Source: Squalus acanthias
Lineage: Eukaryota
DNA length: 64,000 nucleotides
Assembly (NCBI GenBank): GCA_030390025.1
Contig: CM059432.1
Span: 91,948,001-92,012,000, forward strand
Direction: 5' to 3'
The notes under the pieces were generated by a model, which did not search any database, was not told the DNA's origin, and worked only from the letters and a program-made list of their open reading frames with translations. Each line of letters starts with the position of its first letter. Position 1 is the stretch's first letter. Shown here piece by piece: positions 50,166 through 62,220 of this stretch. The position numbers were made by a program, and so were the translations under genes.

Positions 50166-52534
50166 TGGTTTATAATGTAGGTGTATAGCTCTTGGCAGAA
50201 CATCAAGACCGTCTTTCAGTGATTTCTGGAAATGCTGCTTGTAATTCAGTTTTCTTTAACATATAATAACAAGGCTGAAAGAAGGAAAGTGAGTCAGGTT
50301 TGCTGCCCATACCCAGCCTTATCCAACCCACCACGTGTATTGACCCAGATGCCCAACCTGGCATTGCCCAAGGCTGAACTTCAGACAGTGACTTTAAAAA
50401 GAAGAAATATTTGCATTTATATAGTGCCTTATCACATTCTCAAGATAGCCCAAACTGAACTGTGTCATCTGATCTGCAGACTACACCATCAACATAGAAC
50501 CGCAGACATTTACAGCACAGAAGATAGCAACTCTTTGCTAGAACAATGCAAAACTAATGTCACTAGCCTGCTCCCTCCCCATACTTACTTTGTTTCAAAT
50601 ATTTATCCAATTTTCCATTAAAAGAAGTAATGGTCTATGCCTCAACTACTCGCTGTGGGAAAGTGTCCCAGGCTCCAACAACCCTCTGTGTAAAGAAATT
50701 TCTCCTCATTTCTCTTTTCACTCACCTAGTGACAATTTATATTGATGACCCCTCGCCACTGATTCCCAAACCAGAGTGTATAGTCCTTCCCCATTCACCC
50801 CATCAAAGCTCTTCATAATTTTAAAAACATAGATGTCTAGAATATCAATGTGATGGCACAATGGAAACTCCCCTCCTTCCACTAGGCTGAAAATCCAGGC
50901 CACGATGCCTACCCCATGTGCGTTACAGAGAAGCAAGCAGCTGCTGCTGAAGTTCAAGACCTCCAACTGGTGGAACCACTTTTCGATGTGGTCAGGAGGA
51001 TGGTGGCAATGCACTCCTACATTTTATGTGAGTTGCGCTGCTCACCGTGTTACTTGTGAAGAGCTTCAAATACCTGCTGTTCATTTTAGAATGTCACTTG
51101 TCAGTGTTTAATGACTAACTAGTGACAGTCTGTTGGGGTCGAGGCGACTATGAGATGACATACCTGACGATGAAAGTTCAGAACCAAGTCACTGGCTGAT
51201 TGACCATCCAGGACTGAGATTCCTCTCAATTGGTTCCAGACAACCCTGCAAGCCAATGTCCTAATGGGTAAGGTGGTTCAAGCTGAATAAGCAGTGGGAA
51301 CTTTACCACTGCTCTGGAACACCAGGGTCTGTATATTTTGGAGTGGGACTATGGGTGCAAGGATGTGATACACCACCTCTGTTCCTCCTCCTCTTCATCC
51401 AAAAAGCATAATGCCCATATATAATGGGTGAGGGGGAAATGGAAAGCCCACAGCAAAAGGCACATAAGTAGACAATGAAGCAGTAGTCACTAGTGTAAAA
51501 AAAACAAAATGTTGCAAGCCCTCCACTTGTCCGAAATTAGTCTGGGATGAGCCTTAACTTCCTTCAGTTAAATATCAGTAAGCCATCATCTTTGGTTTCC
51601 GCCACAAACTCAGTACCCTCACCACTGATTCCATTCCCCTCCATGGCCATTATTTCAGGCGGAACCAGTTTGCAACTTCAGCGTTGTTAGCGGATTTCCC
51701 GTGGTTATGGTCGCAGCAAAGTTAGTCTGGCAACAATAATCTCCGCTCGATTTAGGCCCAAGTGGTTTTAAACAACATGGGCCAAAAATTGGTGTCGCTA
51801 CGCGAGAGTACGCACTGTGTACTCTCGCGTACTCTCTCTCCAATTGCCGGTTTTCTGCATGCACTGCGCATGCGCTGAAAACCGGCACTTCATGTCGGGT
51901 CAGTTTCAGGGATCTCCGAGTAATCGCGTGGGCTGGTGATTCTGCGCGTGCGTCTGAAACTTCATGATTTTTGTGAATGATAGTAGTGTGTGTAAGCTCC
52001 TAGCAGTTACACATGTTAAAAGCAGGAGCAGCAGCCATTTCTAAATATACGGAGATAGCAGGAGGAATAAATCCTTTTGCAGTGGGGCTACTGAGGTGAG
52101 TTTTTTAAATCTGAAAGCCACCAAAGTTTATTAAATGAAGTCTTAGATAAGTTTGGAATTTTTAAAAAATTTTAAAAACGGGTTTTGACCATTTGGAGTA
52201 GTATAGCAACTGTGGGTGTGTACAAGGCATATTTAGGTATCTATCTGTGAAAATGAAAGTTTAAAAATGAACTGTTTACGTTTCAAAAAGTTTTAAAGAT
52301 GAAAATGAGTAAGTAAGTATGTATGTATGTATGAATTTATGAAAATGTTACAGTTTTGGAAAATCAGCTAGGGCCGTGTGGCGGGTAGATGTGTTCCCAA
52401 GCCGATAGCGCACGTGTCCCACCATAGCCCGACCTGATTTTATAGCCACTCACTTAACTAAAGTTACTTTAACAACTATTTCCATTTTTTCATTACAACT
52501 TTCAGTTTGAAGAGGAAGCCTGTGTGAGAGAAAG

Positions 52535-53629
52535 ATGCCCTTTCACAATCAATTCCTGTTCCTCTGTGGGATTGTGTATCAGAGAATTTTCGAATACAGA
52601 CAACTAATCAGACGGAGGAACCAAGCCCGTCTCCTCCAGAGAAGGAGAAACTACTACCCACCAAATAGAGTGTACAGGCAGAGGCTGTCATTTGAGATGC
52701 TGTCGGAGGAGCTGTGTGTGAGGAGGCTGCGCTTCAGTAAAGAGTCAATTGGCCGAATCTGTGAGATGTTAAAGGAGGACCTTCAAACACGCACGAAGAA
52801 CCGCTATGCATTGTCACTGAGCATGAAGGTAACCACAGCACTGAACTTCTTTGCAAGTGGGACTTTTCAGGCAAGCACCGGTGACATTTCCAACATATCC
52901 AAGAATGCTGCGAGGGCCTGCATTCACCAGGTCACAGAAGCCATTTTGATGGCGCTTGCATTTCATAACATTGCTGGATTCCCCAAAGTGATTGGGGCCG
53001 TCGATGGAACCCATGTAGCATTGAAGGCACCAGGGGTTGCACCTGTGACATTTATCAACAGGAAGGGGTTTCATTCACTGAATGTCCAGATTGTCTGTGA
53101 TGCGCATCTCAGGATCTTAAATGTGAATCCAGGTAACCGTGGAAGTAATCATGACTCCTTCGTCCTCCGTAAATCTGACTTATATGGCGCCCTCAACGCA
53201 TTGCCTCCAGGATCCGCATGGATATTGGGCGACAAGGGCTACCCGCTAAGACCATGGCTGATGACTCCCTACCGCAAGACCAATAATGAGGCTCAGGAGA
53301 GATACAACCAGGCACACGTGTCCACACGGCAAGTGGTGGAGAGGATAATTGGAGTTCTGATATCACGCTTCCGGTGCCTGGACAGGTCAGGGGGGACCTT
53401 GCAGTATTCTCCTGCGAAAGTGGCAAAGATTGTGGTGGTCTGTTGTGCTTTGCATAACTTTGCCCTGCAGGAAGGACTGACCCTTAACGCTGCAGATGAA
53501 CTACCTGCAGAAATGGAGGACGTGGACAATGCCAATGTGCCTGTGGGAAGGCATGATGGGGAAGAGCCAACTGCTGCTCAAAGTAAGGCTGCTCGGGAGC
53601 AACTGGTAGCCAACACCTTCACGAGGTAG
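52535..53629 (+). CDS. Harbinger DDE transposase (HARBI1-like), 364 aa
   Basis: RLRFS, IGAVDGTH, NRKGFHSLNVQ, GSNHDS, LGDKGY, VERIIG..RFRCL and CCALHN motifs. Probable 5'UTR intron 52096-52505; AATAAA at 53731. Confidence 0.92.
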   Translation: MPFHNQFLFLCGIVYQRIFEYRQLIRRRNQARLLQRRRNYYPPNRVYRQRLSFEMLSEELCVRRLRFSKESIGRICEMLKEDLQTRTKNRYALSLSMKVTTALNFFASGTFQASTGDISNISKNAARACIHQVTEAILMALAFHNIAGFPKVIGAVDGTHVALKAPGVAPVTFINRKGFHSLNVQIVCDAHLRILNVNPGNRGSNHDSFVLRKSDLYGALNALPPGSAWILGDKGYPLRPWLMTPYRKTNNEAQERYNQAHVSTRQVVERIIGVLISRFRCLDRSGGTLQYSPAKVAKIVVVCCALHNFALQEGLTLNAADELPAEMEDVDNANVPVGRHDGEEPTAAQSKAAREQLVANTFTR

Positions 53630-54561
53630 TGTCGCCTTGTACCTCCCGCTCCCCCTCCCCCTCCCCCTCCACCTCCACCTCCCCCTCCCCCTCCCCCTCC
53701 CCCTCCCTCTCCCTCTCCACCAGCAAGGCAAATAAAGGTACAGACACAATTTAAAGTGAAACAGTGCTCTTTTATTGCAGCATTATAGACTTCTGAGGTT
53801 CATTGTTGCTTTACATAGTTTATAACTTTTCAATGTTAACTAGCTACTTTTCAATTTTGTAAACAATCGTAAACAGAAATAGGTTTTAAAAAAATTTGTT
53901 AACAGTTCCGACTTACTTTTTTGCTTCATTAATGCAGTAAAGACATTCAAGATGGAAAAGAACTCTTTCCTAAATGTAAAAAAGTTTAAATGTTCAATTT
54001 TTTTGTGCAAATAAACAATTTGAATTTTTAAAAAGTGACTAGAGGCTGTACTTTTTCAATGAAAAGCTAACTTTCAGTTTCAGTGTCAAATATATATATA
54101 AATTTAAAAAAATGTAAACATGTAAGTTTTAAATAAAACTAAAAATTAAACAATTGAAAAATTTAACCACAAATAAACTATTCCTGAGGGTCAATGGATG
54201 TGCATTGTGGAACATGCAACACCCTAATGTCTCTTGCGCTTTCCCGCTCCCCGTGACCGTTGCCCGGTGCTGCGACTTGAAACGGCCCTGCTTGCCATCG
54301 TTTGCCCTTCAGCAATTGCCTCCTGACAGGGTTGTTGCTGCTGCTGCTGCTGCAAGGCAATGTTTGATTGCATCATCGTAGGCGGAGTAGGTGGCTCTTG
54401 GACCTGCACTGATTCTGCGCTGGGAGCAGGTAAGGTTGGTTCTGAGGGAGTCACAGTAATGGCAGCAGAAATTATTTGCATGAGTCCAACAAGAGACTCA
54501 TTTATTTTCCCAAGATCCACTCCCAAATCGGGTTTCTGCAACAGTCCAACAAGAGACTCAT

Positions 54562-54652
54562 AAAGGTCATCGACCTGAAACGTTAACTCTCTTTCTCTCT
54601 CCACGTATGCTGCCTGGCCTGCTGAGTTTTTCCAGCGTTTTCTGTTGTTATT
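54562..54652 (+). mobile_element. Short Penelope-like pLTR 3' fragment inserted in the Harbinger Myb-like gene
   Basis: Matches 50083-50165; flanked by aagagactcat. Confidence 0.75.
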
Positions 54653-54907
54653 ATAAGAGACTCATTTATTTTCCTAAGATCCACTACATTGGCACTCACA
54701 CAATTAACTCAGTAAGCAACTCAAAGCATTGCAATCAAGATGACATTAGCATTTTATGAGACTTGCCTGGCTACAAAAGCCATAAAAATTTATGGGAGCA
54801 TCTTGTGACTTTAGTTAACTCAGCTTAGCAAACAAACACTGTTTCAAGGCTTTTCATTTTAAATGTAAAGACATTTTAACATTGACTTTTGTTATAACTA
54901 TACAAAC

Positions 54908-55159
54908 CTTGAGCGTTCGATATAAATCGCTGAATTTTTTGCGACATTGCTCAGCTGTACGAGGAATGGTCGAGGTTGCGGTCACACTTTGAGCAACCTC
55001 TTTCCACGCTGCCATTTGGCCTTTTCGAGGCGGCTTGGACTTCTCAGTTCCAATTATCCGTAAACGTTTCGATTCTACCTCGTCAAGAAGTGTACGGAGA
55101 TCATCATCACTGAAATTCTGTGTTCTTTTGATAAATTGGATATTGCTGATAGCAGCCAT
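54908..55159 (-). CDS. Harbinger Myb/SANT-like DNA-binding protein, exon 1 (downstream exon remnant ~54224-54690 is disrupted)
   Basis: R..NFS..DL..LL..V..W..VA..RTAEQCRKKFSDL trihelix pattern, donor AAG|gtttgt. Confidence 0.85.
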
Positions 55160-55759
55160 TTCCGTTTGCTGATTATAAACAGTAAAATCAATGAAAAAAT
55201 GATTTCTGGGCTTTTAAAACTATTTAAATTACTTTAAATCTCTTTGCAAATGTTTAACATTACTCAAATTAAACTAAAAATCTTTAAAAGTTTTCAAACC
55301 ATGCATTTAAATCCAACTTACTGTAAATTCCACGTTGAACAGTGATAGAATTGTGTCTTCAGCTGCTGGGAAAATGCGTTCAATTGAGAAAAAAATCGGG
55401 GGCGTGGCCTATGGAAAAGAGACCTTAATGGGCGTGTCTTCACTCCACATCGCACGCAATGCAACGTGCATGCTGCGCTGCAGGGCAGTGTGATGTCATA
55501 CGCTGCCCTGCACTCAATCACAGAAAAGATGAAGTTCCTCCGTGGAAAACCCGAAACGGCAGACGCGGTATGTATTACCGCGCCTGCTCCTTACCCCTGC
55601 GGGAACAGAGCCAGATCAATTTCTGGCCCCATGTTTTAATATACATTGACTAATAACAGTATTGGTTTTATACAACTGTCCTACACCATTACATTAAATG
55701 GCGAGCAATTAACACAACCTGTTTTCTTCACAAAGTCTCAAGCTGATGTATAACTTGGA

Positions 55760-56715
55760 TATGTTCAGTGTTATGCATGTGGGCAGGGCAAATGCTCAAC
55801 ATTCATAATACCCTTCAGGGAAAAGCACTAAAGAAGGTAGAGATAGAAAGAGATTTGGGCATTCTAGTGCATACATCTTTAAAGGTACATGAGCAATGCC
55901 CTGAAGCGATAGTTTGAGCAAATCGGGTGTTGGGGTGTATCCATGGGACAATTGAGTACAAGACGAGGCATACTATTTTGTCCTTGTACAAGACCTTGGT
56001 CAGGCCGCACTTGGAATACTGTGTCCAGTTTTGGTATCCTCACATAGTGGGTGATATTGAGGCTTTGGAAAAGGTGGAGAAGAGGGCCACTAGACTAATT
56101 CCCAGTTTAAAGCATCTTAGTTAGATAGGCTAAAAGAGTTGAGACTCTACACTTTAGAGAAGCATAGACTTAGGGGTGGTCTGATTGAGGTTTATAAGAT
56201 AATGAAGGGAATAGATTGTGTTCCAGTTGACAGTTTATTCCAATTAAATAGGTTAGGGAGGACCAGGGGTCACAAATTTAAGTTGCATAAGGCCAGATCT
56301 AGGTTAGATGTCAGGAGGTGGTTCTTTTCCCAGAGAATAGTGGACCTCTGGAACAGGCTGCCATCTTGTGCAATGGATGCAGATACACTAAATTCCTTCA
56401 AGTGAGAGCTGGACCTGTTTCTGGCTGGGGCGGAGATCACCTCTTACAGAAGGTAGGTACTGCAAGGAATTCAGGGCCAGAGTGATCTCCCGGACTAGTT
56501 TTGATCGCCTCGATGGATCGGGGAGGAATTGCCCAGATTTTTTTCCCCCAAATTGGCCTGGGTTTTTTAAGCTTTTTTTGCCTCACCCAGGGGATCACAT
56601 GGTTTCGGGTGGGGTGGAGAGTATATATTGTGATACACAAGGTATCACAATAGTGTGGGACAGGCTCGATGGACCAGAGGGTCTTTACCTTTCCTCATTG
56701 TTTGGATGTTCATAA
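55760..56715 (+). mobile_element. CR1 3' fragment
   Basis: [22 protein letters not shown] motifs. Confidence 0.85.
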
Positions 56716-57764
56716 GCTGATCAGACTTGTAATCTTCGTGGATGGAATTCCGACTGTCCTGAGAGCACTCTGAAGTTTAAGAGGAGAAAGGTCCCATTGT
56801 TATAATATTTGGCTACATTGGGCTGCACCTATGCACAACAGTATGTGTAGGTGCACATTGGCTGAGGCCACGTATTTAGGTGTTTACCCTGTTTCTAATC
56901 ATTTGGCCTTCATCTCTGTTCTACAAGCTTTGTTTAATGCGTAGGCCAAGTGGCCTTGCAGCCTTCCAAAATTCTGACTGCCTTGTACTATCTCTTACTG
57001 TGTGTTATGGGGTTTCTTAGCAACTGCCTCCTTATCTCAGTATGGGCCTTCTCTTGACCTAGGTGTTTATCATTCTCTGTCTTTTGAGTTTCCAAATTGT
57101 CTTTGTTCATACAATTCTCCTTTCCTCCACATTTTCTCTCTGGCTAAAGCAAAGCATGCTGGGATACTTTGACCATTGAAACCATTAAAAAATATTCTAA
57201 CATTCCTCCCTTTTGAACCTGAGTGAAACCACTCGGTCAATTTTCACTTTACCCATTAACTTTCTTTCTCGCTTTGTCTTGGATCATCTTGGAGTTTACA
57301 GTCGATTAAAATTGCATTTACATAAGCACACATAATAAGATTCATTTCGTAAATACTATACATCATGATACAAACAGAGAAAATCATAATACATTGTACA
57401 GAAAACTACAGTGTACCATATTATCAAGAAATCAGGACTTAAATGATTCTCCAGCTCAGCCTTTACCTGTATTCATCTTGTAGATAATCCTTGCTAAGTA
57501 TTATTTCACCCTAGCCCTCAATTGTCCCAATTTGATTGTTAACTCAAAGGAACCCAATCCTGAATTTTGTAAATCCAAATTTGATATCCCTCTTTACTTT
57601 AATTTCAATCCCTCTGATAGGTACCAGTGTGTTTAACTCTATCCTGATTGTTTCATTAATTCATCAGTTTCTCTACAGAGCATGTGTCACTGCCTTGATT
57701 TAAAACATTTTCTCACTCTCCTGAGCCACATTAACCATTTCATGTCATGCTGTTGTCAAGTAAC

Positions 57765-58880
57765 TGAGCTGGAGATTGAGGTGCAAACATTGCGGGGCAT
57801 CAGGGATGGGGAGAGTTACCTGGACACTTTGATCCAGGAGGCAGTCACACTCCTTAGGTTAGGTAGTGGTACAGGTCTGGTTAGTGGTCAGGGACAGGAG
57901 GGTGTGACTGTAACACAAGCAGGTACGGGGTCCCCAGGTGCAGTGCTGCAGGAGCTTCAGCCTTTGCCCTTATCCAACAGGTATGAGGTTCTTGCTGCCT
58001 GTGTGGATGAGGGCAAAGTCTGCAGAGTGTATGAGCAAACTGACCACAGCACCATGGTACAGGGAGCAATTCAAGTGGGGGGAGTGAAAAGGAATGTTGT
58101 AGTGGTAGGGGACAGTATAGTCAGGGAGATAGATACTGTTCTCTACAGCTGCAAACGGGAGTTCTGAAGGCTGTTTTGGCATGAAATATTGCCCACCTGA
58201 GAGGGGAAACGGGGCTTTGTTTTAACGTCTCATCTGAAAGACGGCACCTCCAACAGTGTTGGCATACGCGGAATATTGAATGGGCCATGCAGCCTGTTAA
58301 AGCGGTAGCGCAGCCCGTTAAAGAGGTCGCGTGACCCCCAAAAAATTGCAGGGGTCATTGGTGGTAGGGGACAGTATACTGTTCTCTGCAGCCCTGACTG
58401 GGAGTTCCAAAGGCTGTATTGCCTGCCCGGTGCCAGGGTTAAGGATAACTCCTTGCAGCTGGTGAGAAAGTTGGAGTGGGAGGGAAGGATCCAGTTGTTG
58501 TGGGTCCACATAGGAACCAACGACATAGGTAGAACTAGGAATGAGGTTCTGCTGAGAGAGATTGAGGGACAAGTAGATCAGAGAGTTAAATGTATGGCTG
58601 AAAGAGTGGTGTGGGAGACAGGGGTTTCAATTCATGGGGCACTGGCACCAGTAATGGGGAAAGAGGGAGCTGATCCATTGGGATGTGCTCCACTTAAACC
58701 GGGCTGGGACCAGTGCCCTGGTGAATCGAATAACTAGGCTGTAGATGGGGCTTTAAACTAATGAAGAGGGAGGGGTGTGGGAGGATTCAGGAAAGAGTAA
58801 ATTCAAAAGCAGTAACAGAAATGCCAAGGCTGTAGAGCAGAGCATTGATTTCAGTAAAAATAAGCAGAATGGCTCAGGAA
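57765..58880 (+). mobile_element. CR1 ORF1 (esterase) remnant with an internal duplication/insertion
   Basis: LSNRYEVL, VVVGDSIVR and HIGTND motifs. Confidence 0.75.
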
Positions 58881-58888
58881 GGGTCAGA

Positions 58889-61800
58889 GGGGGAAAAATT
58901 TGTCCCCTTAGCACCTCCCGTTAGCACCAGCAGATGGCGCTAATGGGGAGCTGGAGGATTATTGCCGGGGCGAGGCGAATCCAGCGGCGCATGCCAAATC
59001 CCAACTGCGCCACCGGTAACAGTTATCACTGGGAGCCTCAATGCCAAGTGGATCGTGACGTCAGTGAGTGTGCAATGCTCACTGACTGCCCAATCTGCAA
59101 AATTGATTGTCGCCACCTACCTTAGCGCCTGGAGTAAACAACGACAGGGAGAGCTGATGTGAAGCACCAGGAAGTCGGCTCCAGGGACGTTATTTAAAGG
59201 GATCATCAGTAATGAGCCGCAGCTGTAGGTTAGTGGAGTTTCAGTGGTTTCTTGTCAGTTTCACATAGTCCAACAGTTTCTTTCAGTAATTTCAAGGTTA
59301 TTTTGTATGAGGAGTGTTGTGGCAACTAAAAAGTAGTTACATTTATTCTTTAAAAAATCAAACTGCTACACTTGGTTACATTAATGGGGGCTGTACTGGC
59401 AGTCGACCTCGCCCTCCAGGATCTACGGCAGAGGGAGCAGAGGCAGTGAGAAAGACTGGAACATGTGCCCAGAGAGAAGAGGAGGGCCATTAGGCCTCTC
59501 AACAGGAGGCCTTACCCTCCGAGGGTATTCCGAGAGCACTTCTCCTATCTCCAATTAAGCGAGAGGCAGTGTATTAGAAGGCTCCGCATCACCAAGGAGG
59601 TGGTCACAGAACTCTGCCACCTCCTGCAACCAGACCTTGAGCCTCAGATCAGGGCAACCACGGCTCTCTGTGGCAGTAAAGGTCACCGTCGCCCTCAATT
59701 TCTTCGCCAGCAGATCCTTCCAGTGTGCAACAGGAGACCTAGCTAACATCTTGGAGTTTGTTGTTCATCGCTACATCCGGGAGGTCACAGAGGCTCTCTA
59801 CAGTAGGAGAAGGGATTACATTTCCTTCCCCATCACCAGAGAGAAGCAGGACGAGTGTGCATGTGGCTTTGCCAGGATAGTGGGATTCCCCATGGTGCAG
59901 GGTGCCATTGACCGCACCCACGTGGCTTTGCGGGCACCGCATAACAATCCTGAGATCTTCCGTAACTGCAAAGGCTACCACTCACTTAATGTGCAGTTAG
60001 TGTGCGACCACAGACAGCGAATCCTCAATGTCAATGCCCGCTATCCTGGCAGCAGCCATGATGCCTTCATCCTGCGCCACACCGGTGTGCCAGCACTCTT
60101 CCAGCCATCACGTCAAACTCGTGGCTGGCTGCTCGGAGACAAGGGCTATCCGCTCTCCACCTGGTTCCTGACTCCCCTCCACAACCCCAACACTCCTGCC
60201 CAGCACTCATATAATGAGAGCCAGCTGCCACCAGAAACATCATCGAGCAGACCATCGGCCTGCTGAAGCAACGGTTCTGCTGCCTTGACCATTCGGGAGG
60301 AGCCCTCCAGTACTTGGCTGAGCGGGTGTCCCATTTCGTGGTGATCTGCTGCATGCTCCCCAACTTGGCCATCATGAGAGCCCAGCCCTTGCCACCAGGG
60401 ATCGCGGGAACACCTCAGGAGGAAGAAGAGGGAGAGGACAAGGAGGAAGACGAGGAGGAGGAGAAACAAGAGCGAGGGAAGAGGTAGCCACTCAATCGGG
60501 CTTCCGGAATGGCGGTCCATGACCGCCTCATCAGACTGCGGTTCCAATTAATTAAACCCCAGATCCCTGTTGCTCACCACATCCCTATCATTCCATCCCT
60601 GTCGCAGGCCATATCACAGCACAAAGCTGAAATGAGACACACCACAAGAATCCAAACTGAATTAATAAATTTATCAATAATCAGTGAACACATATTTACA
60701 ACAAAAATATTAACTATTCACCCTTGTGCAATCCCTTAGTCTCTCTCGTTACTGTGCCGTTGCATACTCCTACGAAGTGTTAGCCCAGTGGCTGCAGCAG
60801 GGCTGGTGGAAGGCGGGAGACTTCAGATGGCCTTGCAGGACGCCCTCAACCAGCTCTGAGCCTGGAAGACCCAGCTGTAGACTGCACCACCTCAGCATGG
60901 GCGGCAGCAGTCTGGGTTGGCTGAATGGCAGAGTGGCAATGGTGGGAGCAGGAATGCTGTCATCCTGAGAGAGGACAGCAGCTTCCTGCTCCACTGACCC
61001 ACTGCCACTCCCCCAGGGCAGCACCTCAGCATCCCTAGCAATCTGTTGGAGCACAGATTGCTGGCCTGATGCAACACCATGAAAGCAGTGGTAGACACAG
61101 CCACGATGGCAACAGTCTGCTTGCGTGGCATCAACCTGAGACTGCATGAGAGCAGTTTGAGATTGAATGCCACCAAGCATAGACTGCATTACAACACTAA
61201 GACGTTGCGTCGCTTCTGCCTGTGCTGCAATGGAAGCTGCTAGATCGCCCATCACATGCGGCATCAGGTCTGGGTCGCCACGGTCTCTCTGGGAGTCTAG
61301 CATCCTTTGCAGGCTGCAAATGATGGGCTCCATGGTGTTCGCAGAGCTCTGTGCAATGTTGGAGGCGGATTCCTCCACGCTCTTTATCATTGCCGAGAAG
61401 CTCTGGGGCACCCTTGCCATTGCGTCTATCATCTCCGTATGCATGCCCATCACCCTTCTTCTAATGGCCTCCCCGTTGAGGTCCTCATCTGAATCCTGTG
61501 CAGCAGACCTCGCGCCCGAACTCGCCTTCCAGGGAGCTGGCTCCCAAGCTACCCTTCCCCCTGGCCTTGTTGCAGCCCGCTCGTTCCCGGTGCCTCACCC
61601 TGTGCAGATCCCACTACTATACTAGCCTCTAAAGAATGCATAGTGCCAGTATCTGAGCTGGTGCCTGCGGGTGAGATATGCAGTGACGTAGTGTGTTCTT
61701 CCTCTTCTTCCGCCTAGCTCTCTACCGTGCCCTCAGGGACAGGCTGCTCAGGTGCTTGCTCATTATCTGAAAGCATAATGGCACAAGAGTCGGGTTAAGG

Positions 61801-61920
61801 TGAGGGGAGGGGGGCAGGAAGGGAGAAATGCATGGATACAGCATGATTAGCTGGAAAGTGCGAAACGCTTGTGGGGTGAGGGGGAAGTGGAATGTAAGAA
61901 GAAAGAGTAGGGACGAACAT
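58889..61920 (+). mobile_element. Second-family Harbinger element, decayed: frameshifted transposase ~59384-60550 (+) and ORF2 remnants ~60740-61760 (-)
   Basis: TIR-like gggggaaaaatt; GAIDRTH, GYHSLNVQ, PGSSHDAF and LGDKGY motifs. Right TIR not seen. Confidence 0.85.
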
Positions 61921-61949
61921 TCCATTGTTGTCCCCAAGGGGGTCAACGT

Positions 61950-62220
61950 CGCCGGTGGCCTCCTCCTCTCCGAGTACTGGAGGGCTTCTGCCGAGCGGTC
62001 AAGGCAGCAGAACCGTTGCTTGAGCACCCCGATAGTCTGTTCGATGATGTTTCTGGTGGCGGCATAGCTCTCACTTTATGAGTGCTGGGCAGGAGTGTTG
62101 GGGTTGCAGAGGGGAGTCATGAGCCATCTGGAGAGCGGATAGCCCTTGTCTCCGACCAGCCAGCCGTGAACTTGATGTGGTGGCTGGAAGAATGCTGGCA
62201 CACCAGTCTGGCGCAAGATG
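61950..62220 (-). pseudogene. Inverted Harbinger transposase fragment
   Basis: ILRQTGVP..WLVGDKGYPL..LKQRFCCLD, homologous to 60068-60320. Confidence 0.8.

Larger units (their letters stand above)
51779..55629 (+). mobile_element. Structurally complete PIF/Harbinger transposon (3.85 kb)
   Basis: TIR gggccaaaaattg / caatttctggccc, TSD CAT, convergent transposase and Myb-like genes. Confidence 0.93.

Noticed and set aside
52535..53629. Domesticated host gene HARBI1
   Set aside because: It lies within TIRs and a TSD with a partner Myb-like ORF, so it is a transposon copy.
53501..53749. RG-repeat ORF on the minus strand
   Set aside because: Translation of a (CCCCCT)n tract in the transposase 3'UTR.
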